A program made the translations under genes and the position numbers. Source: Eubacteriales bacterium (GTDB lineage: Bacteria; Bacillota; Clostridia; Oscillospirales; SIG627). From it: 41,328 nt of DNA. Below the pieces are notes generated by a model. The model was not told the origin of the DNA. It saw only the letters and a program-made list of their open reading frames with translations, and did not search any database. Within the stretch, counting starts at the first letter, position 1. Each line of letters starts with the position of its first letter. Below are positions 10,326 to 20,525 of the stretch, piece after piece. The DNA lies in the NCBI GenBank assembly GCA_045590715.1, contig JAZNRO010000129.1:1-41328 (forward strand). Reading direction: 5' to 3'.

Positions 10326-11068
10326 TCCGGCTGAAAAATTCCGTACAGCTTGCACAAATGCAGGATAGCTGCAAGCTGACCATAGAAGCCCTTTACGAGG
10401 GCGCAAGCATCATCGCGCCGGGCGTAAGCCTCGGTGAGATCGATCAGAGGATTCGGCAGTACATTGAAAAGCACGGCGGTACGCCCTCTTTTCTCGGATA
10501 CGCCGGCTTCCCCAAAAGTTCCTGCATCAGCGTAGGTGATGTGGTGATTCACGGAATTCCGGAACACCAGGTGCTGAAAGAAGGGGACATTGTTTCCATC
10601 GACGTGGGCGCTTTTTATAAAGGCTTTCACGGCGACTGTGCAAGAACCTTCCCTTGTGGCCAGATTTCTCCTGAAGCCGCGCGGCTCATTGAGGTAACCA
10701 AGGAAAGCTTTTATGCTGGGTTTTCCAAGGCTCTGCCCGGAAATCGCGTAGGCGACATATCTGCGGCTGTTCAGACCACAGCAGAAGCCGCTGGCTTTTC
10801 TGTTGTGCGGGAATATGTCGGTCATGGCGTAGGAGCAAATCTTCACGAAGCCCCGGACGTACCGAATTTCGGAACAGCGGGAAAAGGACCCAGACTTTAC
10901 GCCGGTATGACCCTGGCCATTGAGCCCATGATCAATGCCGGAAAAAAAGAAGTCTACGTACTGCCTGACGGCTGGACCGTTAAGACAGTGGACGGATCCC
11001 TTTCCGCACATTATGAAAATACCATTGCCGTAACGGGCGATGGACCCAAAATCTTAACCGAACTGTAA
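10322..11068 (+). CDS. map: Methionine aminopeptidase type I
   Basis: HGIP, SIDVG, HGDCA, GHGVG, AIEPM, AHYENT. Confidence 0.98.
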   Translation: MIRLKNSVQLAQMQDSCKLTIEALYEGASIIAPGVSLGEIDQRIRQYIEKHGGTPSFLGYAGFPKSSCISVGDVVIHGIPEHQVLKEGDIVSIDVGAFYKGFHGDCARTFPCGQISPEAARLIEVTKESFYAGFSKALPGNRVGDISAAVQTTAEAAGFSVVREYVGHGVGANLHEAPDVPNFGTAGKGPRLYAGMTLAIEPMINAGKKEVYVLPDGWTVKTVDGSLSAHYENTIAVTGDGPKILTEL

Positions 11069-11097
11069 AAATGCCAAGATCAAAGGAGTGAATTATT

Positions 11098-11313
11098 TTG
11101 GCAAAAGACGATGTAATGGAATTCCAGGGTGTTGTTATTGAAACCCTGCCGAATGCCACAAGCAAAGTAAAACTTCCCAACGATATGGTGATCCTGGCTT
11201 ACATTTCGGGTAAGATGCAGCAACACTATATCAGAATCATCCCGGGGGATAAGGTGCTGGTAGAAGTCAGCATTTACGATCCTACCCGCGGAAGAATCAT
11301 CCGGCGTCTGTAA
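11098..11313 (+). CDS. infA: Translation initiation factor IF-1
   Basis: TTG start; LPNA...ISGKM...IRIIPGDKV...YDPTRGRI. Confidence 0.97.
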   Translation: MAKDDVMEFQGVVIETLPNATSKVKLPNDMVILAYISGKMQQHYIRIIPGDKVLVEVSIYDPTRGRIIRRL

Positions 11314-11321
11314 TTTTTTAA

Positions 11322-11456
<135 letters not shown>

Positions 11457-11477
11457 TTAAGAGGAGGAACAAACAGT

Positions 11478-11846
11478 ATGGCACGTTTAGCAGGTGTAGA
11501 CCTTCCCAGAGAAAAGCGCGTCGAGATCGGTTTGACCTACATTTTCGGTATCGGTCTTACATCTTCCAAGAAGATCCTCGAAAAGACCGGCATTAATCCC
11601 GATACCAGAGTGAAGGATCTGACTGATGATGACGTAGCAAAGCTTCGTGAAATCATCGAAAACGAATATATCGTAGAAGGCGATCTCCGCAGAAACATTG
11701 CATACGATATCAAGAGAATGAAAGATATCGGCTGCTACCGCGGTATTCGTCATCGCAGAGGTCTTCCGGTAAGAGGTCAGAGAACCAAAACCAACGCGAG
11801 AACCAGAAAAGGTCCCGCAAAGACCATTGCAAACAAGAAGAAATAA
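11478..11846 (+). CDS. rpsM: 30S ribosomal protein S13
   Basis: [10 protein letters not shown]...[26 protein letters not shown]. Confidence 0.99.
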   Translation: MARLAGVDLPREKRVEIGLTYIFGIGLTSSKKILEKTGINPDTRVKDLTDDDVAKLREIIENEYIVEGDLRRNIAYDIKRMKDIGCYRGIRHRRGLPVRGQRTKTNARTRKGPAKTIANKKK

Positions 11847-11862
11847 AGGAGAGTAGAAAAAC

Positions 11863-12264
11863 ATGGCTGCAGTTACCAAAGCAAAAAGAACGACCAAAAA
11901 GCGCCGCGAGAAGAAGAATATCGAAAAAGGCGCAGCTCACATCCGTTCTACTTATAACAACACCATTATCACTCTCACCGATGTGAATGGTAATGCCATT
12001 TCCTGGGCATGTGCCGGTGAACTGGGCTTCAAGGGTTCCAAGAAGTCTACCCCCTTCGCCGCTCAGATGGCTGCAGAAACCGCTGCAAAGTTGGCGGTTG
12101 ACCAGGGTCTGAAGACTGTTGAAGTTTTCGTTAAGGGCCCCGGACAGGGAAGAGAATCTGCCATCCGCGCTCTCCAGACCGCAGGTCTTGAGATCACGCT
12201 GATCAAAGATGTAACTCCCATTCCCCACAATGGCTGCCGTCCTCCCAAGAGAAGACGCGTATAA
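11863..12264 (+). CDS. rpsK: 30S ribosomal protein S11
   Basis: STYNNTI...KSTPFAAQ...[18 protein letters not shown]. Confidence 0.99.
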   Translation: MAAVTKAKRTTKKRREKKNIEKGAAHIRSTYNNTIITLTDVNGNAISWACAGELGFKGSKKSTPFAAQMAAETAAKLAVDQGLKTVEVFVKGPGQGRESAIRALQTAGLEITLIKDVTPIPHNGCRPPKRRRV

Positions 12265-12285
12265 TCCAGAAAGGAGAGAGAAAGA

Positions 12286-12915
12286 ATGGCTAAGTATACA
12301 GGCCCTGCGTGCAGACAGTGCCGCAGAGAAGGCGTTAAAATGTTTTTGAAGGGCGAAAGATGCTTCTCCGATAAGTGCCCCATCACCAGACGTGGTACCG
12401 TTCCCGGACAGCATGGCGCAGCCCGTGCCAGAATGATGAAGAACTACGGTCTCCAGCTTCGTGAAAAGCAGAAGACCCGTCGTTACTACGGTATTCTGGA
12501 AACCCAGTTCAGAAATTACTACAAGAAGGCAGACGCACAGGAAGGTATGTCCGGTGTAAACCTGCTTATCATGATCGAAAGAAGATTTGACAATGTTGTT
12601 TACAGAATGGGTCTTGCGGAAAGCCGCAGAGATGCCAGACAGCTGGTTCGCCACGGTCACTTTACTGTAAACGGCAAAAAAGCCAACATCCCCTCCATGC
12701 TTCTCAAAGTAGGTGATGAAATCGCGATCAAGGATTCCAAGAAGGATCGTCCCAAGATCAAGACCATCATCGAGAAGGCTGAAGGAAAGATCATCCCGAA
12801 GTGGATCGAAGTTGATAAGGAGAATGGCAAGGGCAAGATCATTGCTATGCCTCAGCGTGAGGACATTGACTTTGAGATTGACGAACAGCTCATTGTCGAA
12901 CTTTACTCCAAATAA
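12286..12915 (+). CDS. rpsD: 30S ribosomal protein S4
   Basis: CRQCRREG...LREKQK...ARQLVRHGH...IVELYSK. Confidence 0.99.
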   Translation: MAKYTGPACRQCRREGVKMFLKGERCFSDKCPITRRGTVPGQHGAARARMMKNYGLQLREKQKTRRYYGILETQFRNYYKKADAQEGMSGVNLLIMIERRFDNVVYRMGLAESRRDARQLVRHGHFTVNGKKANIPSMLLKVGDEIAIKDSKKDRPKIKTIIEKAEGKIIPKWIEVDKENGKGKIIAMPQREDIDFEIDEQLIVELYSK

Positions 12916-12941
12916 TCCCTAAATTTCAAGGAGGTTATTTC

Positions 12942-13892
12942 ATGATAGAAATCGAAAGACCGGGCATCACCACCGTTGAACAGTCCGAAAACGGCGCCTT
13001 TGGCGTATTTGAAGTAGAACCCCTGGAAAGAGGCTTCGGCATCACTCTGGGTAACTCTCTTCGCCGCATTCTGATCAGTTCTCTTCCCGGTGTCGCCGTA
13101 ACTTGCGTAAAGATCGATGGAGTTCTCCATGAAATCTCTACCATCCCCGGCGTAAAAGAAGATGTACCCGAAATTATTTTAAACATCAAGAGCATTCGTG
13201 CAAAGCTGTTTACCAATCAGCCTAAGGTTTGCGTGATCGACGTACAGGGCGATTGCAACGTTACCGCCGGTGACATCGCAGCAGATGCTGATATCGAGAT
13301 CTTAAATCCCGACCTTCACATCTGTACCGTTGCACAGGGCGCAAAACTTTACATGGAATTGACGTTCGAAACCGGCAGAGGCTACGTTTCCGCAGAGCGG
13401 AACAAGGCCCAGGGCAATCTGTCCATCGGTACCATTTACACCGACTCTATCTTTTCTCCCGCCAAGAAGGTAAACTTCAAGGTGGACAATGCGAGAGTTG
13501 GCGACCGTATGGAATTTGATAAGCTGACCCTGGAAGTGGAAACCGACGGTACCATTACTGCAAAAGAATCCATTTCTCTGGCTGCCAAGATCCTCAACGA
13601 GCACCTGAACCTCTTCGTAGACCTTTCTGACGAGGCCAAAAAGACCGAAATCATGAAGGACAGAGACGAAGTTGTAAAAGAAAAGGTTCTGGAAATGACC
13701 ATTGAGGAACTGGATCTGTCTGTTCGCGCTTTCAACTGCTTGAAGCGTGCCGGTATCAACACCGTTGAAGATCTCACGAACCGTAGCGAGGAGGACATGA
13801 TCAAAGTCCGCAACCTCGGTAAGAAATCCCTGGAAGAAGTTATTCAGAAGCTTCAGTCCTTGGGCTTTGAGCTCAAGAAGGAAGAAGACTGA
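12942..13892 (+). CDS. rpoA: RNA polymerase subunit alpha
   Basis: [19 protein letters not shown]...[14 protein letters not shown]...RNLGKKS. Confidence 0.99.
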   Translation: MIEIERPGITTVEQSENGAFGVFEVEPLERGFGITLGNSLRRILISSLPGVAVTCVKIDGVLHEISTIPGVKEDVPEIILNIKSIRAKLFTNQPKVCVIDVQGDCNVTAGDIAADADIEILNPDLHICTVAQGAKLYMELTFETGRGYVSAERNKAQGNLSIGTIYTDSIFSPAKKVNFKVDNARVGDRMEFDKLTLEVETDGTITAKESISLAAKILNEHLNLFVDLSDEAKKTEIMKDRDEVVKEKVLEMTIEELDLSVRAFNCLKRAGINTVEDLTNRSEEDMIKVRNLGKKSLEEVIQKLQSLGFELKKEED

Positions 13893-13924
13893 TCTTGTTC
13901 CAATATTATCAGGAGGAAAATTAA

Positions 13925-14431
13925 ATGCGTAAACTTGGCAGAAAGACTGACCACAGACTTTCTATGCTTCGCGGCCAGGTAACCTTCCTGCTTGAAAAAG
14001 GCAGATTGGAAACCACCGCTACCAGAGCAAAAGAAGTTCAGAGTCTTGCTGAAAAAATGATTACTCTCGGAAAGAAGAATACTCTTGCTTCCCGCAGACA
14101 GGCTCTTTCCTTCATTACCAAAGAGGACGTAGTTAAGAAACTGTTTGATGAAATCGCTCCTTCCTTCGCCGGAAGAAATGGCGGTTACACCAGAGTGATT
14201 CTGACCGGTCCCCGTCGCGGTGACGCTGCTGAAATGGCAATCATCGAACTGGTAGAAGAAGATAAGAAAGAAGAGAAGAAGCCCGCAAAGAAGGCTGCTT
14301 CCAAGAAGACCACCGCTAAGAAAGCTGCTCCCAAGGCTGAAGAGAAGAAGGAAGAAGTAGAAACTGTAGAAGAAACTGCAGAAGAAACCAAAACCGAAGA
14401 AACTCCCGCTGAAGAAGCAAAGGCTGAATAA
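13925..14431 (+). CDS. rplQ: 50S ribosomal protein L17 with long charged C-terminal extension
   Basis: RKLGR...RNGGYTRV...[14 protein letters not shown] followed by about 55 aa K/A- then E/T-rich tail. Confidence 0.98.
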   Translation: MRKLGRKTDHRLSMLRGQVTFLLEKGRLETTATRAKEVQSLAEKMITLGKKNTLASRRQALSFITKEDVVKKLFDEIAPSFAGRNGGYTRVILTGPRRGDAAEMAIIELVEEDKKEEKKPAKKAASKKTTAKKAAPKAEEKKEEVETVEETAEETKTEETPAEEAKAE

Positions 14432-14456
14432 GAAAAAGCGGTTTATGAAAAAGAAC

Positions 14457-14490
14457 AAAGCCCGATTTGATATCGGGCTTTCTTTTTTTG
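14457..14490 (+). terminator. Intrinsic terminator of the ribosomal superoperon
   Basis: AAAGCCCGAT...ATCGGGCTTT stem followed by T-tract. Confidence 0.85.
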
Positions 14491-14541
14491 TTTTTCCCTG
14501 GAAAATCCTTGTAATTTTTTGTTTTTTCTTACTCAAATCTC

Positions 14542-14570
14542 TTGCGAAAAAATATGCATTATGATATGAT
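14542..14570 (+). promoter_or_regulatory. sigmaA promoter of pgk-tpiA
   Basis: TTGCGA-N17-TATGAT with TG extended -10. Confidence 0.6.
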
Positions 14571-14609
14571 AGAAACAAAGGAATTTTAATATAAGAAAGG
14601 GAATCTAGT

Positions 14610-15899
14610 ATGAATAAGAAGTCCGTAAAAGACGTTGAAGTTCGCGGAAAGAGAGTATTTGTACGCTGCGATTTTAACGTACCGATGAAAGACGGTGTGA
14701 TCACCAGTGATAAGAGAATTGCCGCTGCTATTCCTACCATTCAGTACCTTTTGGAAAACGGCGCAAAGGTAATTCTGTGCTCCCACATGGGCAAACCTCA
14801 CAATATCTTTACCGAAGGCTTTGGCCTGACCAAAAAAGAAAAGAAAGCAGTTGAAAAGCTCCCCGCAGAAGAGCAGGCAGCTGCAAAAGAAGCATATCTT
14901 GCAAAGGCGCTGGACGATCAGAAAAAACTGACCTTAAAGCCCGTTGCCGACAGACTCAACGAGTACCTGGGTGACAAAGTTACCTTCGCTACCGATATTA
15001 TCGGCGAAGATGCCAAGGCAAAGGTTGCCGCTCTGGAAGAAGGCAAGGCTGTTCTTCTGGAAAACGTACGTTTTGACGCCAGAGAAGAAAAGAACGGTGC
15101 AGATTTTGCCCAGGCTCTCGCATCTATGGCAGACCTTTTTGTAAACGACGCATTCGGTACCGCACACCGTGCTCACGCTTCTACCGAAGGCATTTCTCAC
15201 TACATTCCCGCTGTTTGCGGCTTCCTCATTGACAAGGAAATCACCATTATGGGCGGCGCTCTGGAAGCTCCCAAGCATCCCTTCGTTGCTATTCTGGGCG
15301 GCGCAAAGGTTTCCGATAAGATCGCCGTTATCACCAACCTCATCGACAAGGTTGATACCATCATCATCGGCGGCGCTATGGCCTATACCTTTGTAAAGGC
15401 ACAGGGCGGCAAGATCGGTACTTCTCTCTGCGAAGACGACAGAATGGAACTGGCTCTTGACCTGGTTGCAAAGGCAAAGGAAAAGGGTGTAAACTTCCTT
15501 CTCCCCGTTGATAATAAGTGCGCAGCTGCATTTGATAACGACGCTGAAAGCGTAATTTGCGAGTCCGGCAACGTTCCCGAAGGCTTTATGGGTATGGATA
15601 TCGGTCCCAAGACCATCCAGCTGTATCAGAACGCAGTAAAAGATGCCAAGACCGTTATCTGGAACGGACCTATGGGCGTTTCCGAATTTGAAAACTATGC
15701 AGCCGGTACCCGCGCTGTGGCAGAAGCTGTTGCACAGAGCGACGCTATCTCCATCGTAGGCGGCGGCGACTCTACCGCAGCCATTGAAAAATTAGGCTTT
15801 GCTGATAAGATCACTCACATTTCTACCGGCGGCGGTGCAAGCCTTGAATTCCTGGAAGGCAAAGAACTTCCCGGTATCGCTTGTCTTCAGGACAGATAA
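14610..15899 (+). CDS. pgk: Phosphoglycerate kinase (with about 30 aa insertion)
   Basis: [47 protein letters not shown]. Confidence 0.99.
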   Translation: MNKKSVKDVEVRGKRVFVRCDFNVPMKDGVITSDKRIAAAIPTIQYLLENGAKVILCSHMGKPHNIFTEGFGLTKKEKKAVEKLPAEEQAAAKEAYLAKALDDQKKLTLKPVADRLNEYLGDKVTFATDIIGEDAKAKVAALEEGKAVLLENVRFDAREEKNGADFAQALASMADLFVNDAFGTAHRAHASTEGISHYIPAVCGFLIDKEITIMGGALEAPKHPFVAILGGAKVSDKIAVITNLIDKVDTIIIGGAMAYTFVKAQGGKIGTSLCEDDRMELALDLVAKAKEKGVNFLLPVDNKCAAAFDNDAESVICESGNVPEGFMGMDIGPKTIQLYQNAVKDAKTVIWNGPMGVSEFENYAAGTRAVAEAVAQSDAISIVGGGDSTAAIEKLGFADKITHISTGGGASLEFLEGKELPGIACLQDR

Positions 15900-15909
15900 G
15901 GAGAGAAAA

Positions 15910-16659
15910 ATGAGAAAGACCATTATCGCAGGAAACTGGAAAATGAATAAAACTCCTTCCGAGGCCGCAAGCCTTGCCAGCGAAATCGCTGCCATCAAGG
16001 ATGCTCCTTGCGAAGTTGTAATTTGCCCCCCCTTCGTTGATCTGTTCTTCGCAAAGAAGGCAATCGAAGGAACGGACATTAAGCTTGGCGCACAGAACTG
16101 CCACTGGGCTGAAAGCGGCGCTTTCACCGGTGAAGTGAGTGCTGATATGCTGATCGAAGCAGGCTGTGACTATGTTATCATCGGTCACTCCGAAAGAAGA
16201 CAGTACTTCGGCGAAACCGACGAAACCGTAAATCTCCGCACCCGCGCGGCTCTGAAGAAGGGCCTGAAGGTGATCCTCTGCGTAGGTGAAACCCGCGAAG
16301 AGAGAGAAGCCGGCGATTGCGAAAAGGTAATTGGCACCCAGATCAAGCTGGGTCTGAAGGATCTGACCAAAGAAGAAATGGCCGGCGTTGTCATCGCTTA
16401 CGAACCTGTATGGGCCATCGGAACCGGTCTTACCGCTACCAAGGAGCAGGCAGAAGAAGTTTGTGCTTTCATTCGCACCCTCATCTCTGACCTCTTCGGC
16501 GCTGACACCGCAGAAGAAACTACCATTCAGTACGGCGGTTCTATGAACGCAGGCAACTGCGCAGAGCTTCTGTCTATGCCCAACATTGATGGCGGTCTTA
16601 TCGGCGGCGCAGCATTAAAGCCCGCAGATTTTGCCGTAATCGTAGCAGCCGGCAAATAA
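15910..16659 (+). CDS. tpiA: Triosephosphate isomerase
   Basis: AGNWKMN, GHSERR, AYEPVWAIGTG, YGGS; start set at ATG 15910. Confidence 0.99.
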   Translation: MRKTIIAGNWKMNKTPSEAASLASEIAAIKDAPCEVVICPPFVDLFFAKKAIEGTDIKLGAQNCHWAESGAFTGEVSADMLIEAGCDYVIIGHSERRQYFGETDETVNLRTRAALKKGLKVILCVGETREEREAGDCEKVIGTQIKLGLKDLTKEEMAGVVIAYEPVWAIGTGLTATKEQAEEVCAFIRTLISDLFGADTAEETTIQYGGSMNAGNCAELLSMPNIDGGLIGGAALKPADFAVIVAAGK

Positions 16660-16667
16660 GAAGAAAT

Positions 16668-16698
16668 AAAAAAGCGGCAGATTTCTGCCGCTTTTTTT
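16668..16698 (+). terminator. Intrinsic terminator after tpiA
   Basis: GCGGCAG-attt-CTGCCGC with flanking A and T tracts. Confidence 0.85.
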
Positions 16699-16713
16699 AC
16701 CCCAGGAGGAATT

Positions 16714-17397
16714 ATGAGAAAATTTTCTCTGTCCCAGATTTCGCGGAAAAGTCACGTGAACGATGAAGGGATAGATGGATTCGATTGGAACGAAGCCCAG
16801 CCGAAATGGCCGGCGGTTAGGATCTTAAATACTACCCTTGGTGTTTTGAGTATCATAGTATGGATCATTCTCCTTTTCCGTCTATTCGCTTCCGGCAATG
16901 CCAAATTTGAAAAAATGATCCTTTTGGATGACAAGGCCCAAACGTCCTATCCCGCAGAAGAACAGGTCCTTCGCATCCATTCCAACACCGATGAAGAGGG
17001 AAAAAGCGGTCTTGTAGTCTATTATCCCGTGTACCTGGAAAAAGCGGAAAATTTCCAGCTGACAGCGAAAATCAACCGCAGAGTCTTAAAACCCGGCAAA
17101 GGGGATCTGGGCTATACCTTTATTCTCCGGGAGAGCGGGGGAGAAGAAACAAAGTTTTACCCCTTGTCCTATGAAAACTCTCAGCGGAAATTCAATTACA
17201 CCTTCTTCCGTTTGTGTTTTAACGGCGTGAAACTGGATCAGAAAAAGGTATACACCCTTCTGGTCTACTGCGGTAAAAAGGAAGCAGAGGGCGGAGAGTA
17301 TTCTGCAAAAGAGGCAGACTTTAGCTTTACTCTTCTGAATTCCGATACCTACTGCAATATGATCACCCCGGATAAAGACGTATTTGTCCAAAAATAA
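16714..17397 (+). CDS. Hypothetical membrane-anchored protein
   Basis: RBS AGGAGG; 227 aa with one hydrophobic segment (about aa 38-59); family not recognised. Confidence 0.75.
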   Translation: MRKFSLSQISRKSHVNDEGIDGFDWNEAQPKWPAVRILNTTLGVLSIIVWIILLFRLFASGNAKFEKMILLDDKAQTSYPAEEQVLRIHSNTDEEGKSGLVVYYPVYLEKAENFQLTAKINRRVLKPGKGDLGYTFILRESGGEETKFYPLSYENSQRKFNYTFFRLCFNGVKLDQKKVYTLLVYCGKKEAEGGEYSAKEADFSFTLLNSDTYCNMITPDKDVFVQK

Positions 17398-17399
17398 AG

Positions 17400-17434
17400 A
17401 AAAAGAACGACTCATCAGAGTCGTTCTTTTTTTT
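17400..17434. terminator. Bidirectional terminator (hypothetical gene / tRNA-Thr)
   Basis: AAAAAGAACGACTC-atca-GAGTCGTTCTTTTT. Confidence 0.85.
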
Positions 17435-17509
17435 GGAGCTAGTGACGTGACTTGAACACGCGACCTGCTGATTACGAATCAGCTGCACTACCTGCTGTGC
17501 TACACTAGC
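17434..17509 (-). tRNA. tRNA-Thr(CGT)
   Basis: 76-nt cloverleaf GCTAGTG...GCTGA-TTCGTAA-TCAGC...TTCAAGT...CACTAGCTCCA with encoded CCA. Confidence 0.97.
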
Positions 17510-17553
17510 GGTTATGTTAAGCGTCACCGTGCGATGCACCAGTGACGCTTAAC

Positions 17554-17582
17554 ATCATACCATAAATAAGGGGAAAATGCAA
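17554..17582 (-). promoter_or_regulatory. sigmaA promoter of tRNA-Thr
   Basis: TTGCAT-N17-TATGAT with TG extended -10 on minus strand. Confidence 0.7.
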
Positions 17583-17586
17583 GGGG

Positions 17587-18024
17587 TCAGCGATCTTTTT
17601 TCATTTGGTCATAAGGGAAAAATTCAAAGCCCAGTTCTTTATAAAGGGCAACGGCTTTTTCATTTTCCATTTCCACCTCCAGGCGGAAGCGCTTTGCCCG
17701 GGGGAAGGCTTCTTCCAGAAATTGAAAAAAGGCGTGACCGTAGCCTTTTCCTCTGGCTTCTGGCTTTAGGTAGATCTCTTCCACCCACACTACCTGGCCG
17801 CCCGCTTCCTGACTGTGCGTGATGGCAAGAAGGGCATAGCCAAGGATCTTGCCTTTTTCCTCGAATACATAGCCCTTGGCGTAGGGATTTTGCGTTAAAA
17901 GAAGGTCAAAGGTAATTTCAAAATTTTCTGCCGGTACCTTTTCCAGCACGGCGTCACTTTCATAAAAGGCCTTTGCCATGGAAAGATAATCTTTTCGGTC
18001 TTGTTCCTTTACGGTTCTGATCAT
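17587..18024 (-). CDS. GNAT family N-acetyltransferase
   Basis: Start MIRTVKEQD after AAGGT; EEIYLKPEARGKGYG acetyl-CoA motif; NEKAVALYKELGF. Confidence 0.9.
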   Translation of the reverse strand: MIRTVKEQDRKDYLSMAKAFYESDAVLEKVPAENFEITFDLLLTQNPYAKGYVFEEKGKILGYALLAITHSQEAGGQVVWVEEIYLKPEARGKGYGHAFFQFLEEAFPRAKRFRLEVEMENEKAVALYKELGFEFFPYDQMKKDR

Positions 18025-18035
18025 AAATATATACC

Positions 18036-20135
18036 TTATTTCTTTTTGATGGTAAGGGTGCGGGTAGCGTTGAGGATGGCAAGCAGACAAACGCCCACGT
18101 CAGCGAAAATCGCAAGGAATAGGGGCACGCTTTCTTCCCCCAGGAAAATATTGGGGATCAGTACGAAGAGCTTAATGCCTACGGAGAGGATGATATTTTG
18201 CCATACAACGGCCATGGTCTTTCGGGCAATACGAATGGCCAGGGCAACTTTAGAAGGCTTGTCGTCACAGATCACCACGTCCGCCGCTTCTACAGCCGCA
18301 TCAGCGCCGATGCCGCCCATGGCAATGCCAAGATCTGCACCGGAAAGCACCGGAGCGTCGTTGATTCCGTCGCCAATGAAAAGGAAGGGGTCTTCCGTTT
18401 CACCGGAAAGATTTTTTACAAGCTCAAATTTGTCCTGTGGCAAAAGAGAGCCGTAGACCTTCTCAATGCCAAGGTCTTTTCCAACGTCCAGAGCGATTTC
18501 TTCTTCGTCACCGGAGAGCATAGAAATATTAGAAACGTTTAACTTTTGAAGATCCCGGATCGCCTTTTTGGCATCACTGCGCAGGGTGTCGGATACCACG
18601 ATGTGGCCAAGATAGGTGCTACCGCTTCCGATGTGAACTACCGTACCTTTATGACAGCACTTGTCACAGGGCTCGATATGGATGCCTGCTTCTAACAGCA
18701 AGGCTTCGTTGCCTACCAGATACTCCCTGCCGTCTACTACTGCGCAAACGCCTTTGCCGGGTTTTTCCGTGATCTTGCCGATTCTTCCTTTATCAATATC
18801 CCGGTTAAAGGCTTCTTTTAAGGATAGGGAAATGGGGTGGTGGGAGTAATGCTCGCAGGTGGCTGCGATCTCAAGCAGTTCCTCTTCTCCCATGGTTTCC
18901 GGGTGAATGGCGGTAACCTCAAAATTGCCTTTCGTTAAGGTACCGGTCTTGTCAAATGCGCATCCTTTTGCTCTGGAAAGCAGTTCCAGACTGTCTGCGC
19001 CTTTGATGAGAATTCCTTCTCTTCCGGCACAGCCGATGCCACCGAAAAAGGTAAGAGGCACGGAGATCACCAGAGCGCAGGGGCAGGAGATCACAAGGCA
19101 GGTAATGGCTTTATGGGCCCAAAGGGAAAAATTACCGCCCATCAGCGGGGGTACGATGATGAGCGCCAGGGCTAGTGCTACCACCACGGGAGTATAGTAT
19201 CTGGCAAAGCGGGAAATGAAGCGCTCGGTCTTACTTTTGCCTCCCGCTGCATTTTCCACAAGATCCAGGATCTTAGAAACGGAGCTTTCCCCGAATTCTT
19301 TGGTGGTGCGGATGAAGAGAAGGCCGTTCATATTCACCGTTCCGCTATGCACCGCATCCCCCGCTTTTACCTCTTTGGGGGCACTTTCTCCGGTGAGGGC
19401 GGTAGTATCAAGGAAGGAAGAGCCTTTTTCAACCACGCCGTCCAGAGGGATCTTTTCACCCGGTTTTACTACAATAAGACTTCCTACCGTTACTTCTTCC
19501 GGATCCGTTTTCCGCTCGATTTCATTTTCTACAAGGGTGGCAAAGTCCGGGCGAATGTCCATCAGCTCCGTAATATTGCGGCGGCTTTTGGATACGGCCA
19601 GCTCCTGGAAAAATTCGCCGATGCGGTAAAGGAGCATGACCGTAACTCCTTCGCCGGATTCGCCAATGGCAAAAGCGCCGAAGGTGGCAAGGGTCATCAA
19701 AAAGTTTTCATCAAAAAATTTGCCCCGGGTCATTCCCAAAAATGCTTTTTTTACAACGGGGAATCCGCTTATCAAATAAGCGGGCAAAAAGAGAAGAAGA
19801 GAAAAGAGGGGTGAGGGAGAAAGGATCTCTTCTCCTACTTTTGCTAAAATAAAGAGAAGGACGGAAAGGATGATGGTAACAACCTCTCTTGTCTGATCTT
19901 TTGTCATTTCATATTTATTCTGATGGATCAAAATTTCCGGTTCGATCTCCCGAGCGGCCTTTTCCACCTTTCGGTAAACCGAGGAGAAGACGTTATCCTT
20001 TGCCTCCAAGGTTAGTTTCATGGAAACGAAATTGATGGAAACGTTGTCTACGCCGGGGATCTTTTTTGCCGCTTCTTCTATTTTCATTGCGCAATGGGCG
20101 CAGTCTAAGTTTTCAAGTTTATATTGTTTTCTCAT
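18036..20135 (-). CDS. cadA: Heavy-metal (Cd/Zn/Pb) P1B-type ATPase
   Basis: N-terminal CAHC HMA domain, TGES, CPCAL, DKTGT, GDGINDAP, FADVG. Confidence 0.95.
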   Translation of the reverse strand: MRKQYKLENLDCAHCAMKIEEAAKKIPGVDNVSINFVSMKLTLEAKDNVFSSVYRKVEKAAREIEPEILIHQNKYEMTKDQTREVVTIILSVLLFILAKVGEEILSPSPLFSLLLFLPAYLISGFPVVKKAFLGMTRGKFFDENFLMTLATFGAFAIGESGEGVTVMLLYRIGEFFQELAVSKSRRNITELMDIRPDFATLVENEIERKTDPEEVTVGSLIVVKPGEKIPLDGVVEKGSSFLDTTALTGESAPKEVKAGDAVHSGTVNMNGLLFIRTTKEFGESSVSKILDLVENAAGGKSKTERFISRFARYYTPVVVALALALIIVPPLMGGNFSLWAHKAITCLVISCPCALVISVPLTFFGGIGCAGREGILIKGADSLELLSRAKGCAFDKTGTLTKGNFEVTAIHPETMGEEELLEIAATCEHYSHHPISLSLKEAFNRDIDKGRIGKITEKPGKGVCAVVDGREYLVGNEALLLEAGIHIEPCDKCCHKGTVVHIGSGSTYLGHIVVSDTLRSDAKKAIRDLQKLNVSNISMLSGDEEEIALDVGKDLGIEKVYGSLLPQDKFELVKNLSGETEDPFLFIGDGINDAPVLSGADLGIAMGGIGADAAVEAADVVICDDKPSKVALAIRIARKTMAVVWQNIILSVGIKLFVLIPNIFLGEESVPLFLAIFADVGVCLLAILNATRTLTIKKK

Positions 20136-20488
20136 TCTTTGATATGCTCCAGTCCGATTTTGGTAATTTGATGTACGTGCTGGTCTGCCAGAGAGTAGAA
20201 AAGAATTTTACCCTTCCGGCGGTAACGCACAAGTTCCTTTGATTTTAATAGTTTTAACTGATGGGACACGGCAGAGGGGGTCATATCCATCAGCGCCGCC
20301 AGATCTCCTACGCACAGTTCCCCTTGGGAAAGGAGAAAAAGAATGCGCATCCGGGTAGCGTCGGAGAAGAGTTTAAAGAATTCAGAAAGGGAATTGATCT
20401 CTTCTTCCGGCGGGCAGGCCTTTATTTTTTCTTCCCCTTCCTCTTCGCAAAGCAAAAGATAGGGAAGGATCGGGTCTTGTTTTTTCAT
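20132..20488 (-). CDS. ArsR/SmtB-family metal-responsive repressor (CadC/CzrA-like)
   Basis: ELCVGDLA, SAVSHQL HTH, alpha5-type DQH...EH site; overlaps cadA start. Confidence 0.93.
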   Translation of the reverse strand: MKKQDPILPYLLLCEEEGEEKIKACPPEEEINSLSEFFKLFSDATRMRILFLLSQGELCVGDLAALMDMTPSAVSHQLKLLKSKELVRYRRKGKILFYSLADQHVHQITKIGLEHIKE

Positions 20489-20501
20489 TGCAAAATCCTT
20501 T

Positions 20502-20523
20502 CATTTGAACACTTGTTCAAATG
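20502..20523. promoter_or_regulatory. ArsR/SmtB operator palindrome
   Basis: CATTTGAACA-ct-TGTTCAAATG (TGAA-N6-TTCA core) between the -10 and the RBS of the repressor gene. Confidence 0.85.
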
Positions 20524-20525
20524 TT

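Noticed and set aside
15799-15912. tpiA frame open 37 codons back into pgk, suggesting a Thermotoga-like PGK-TPI frameshift fusion
   Set aside because: tpiA has its own SD (AAGGAG) and ATG, the shift needed is +1, and no convincing slippery site is visible.
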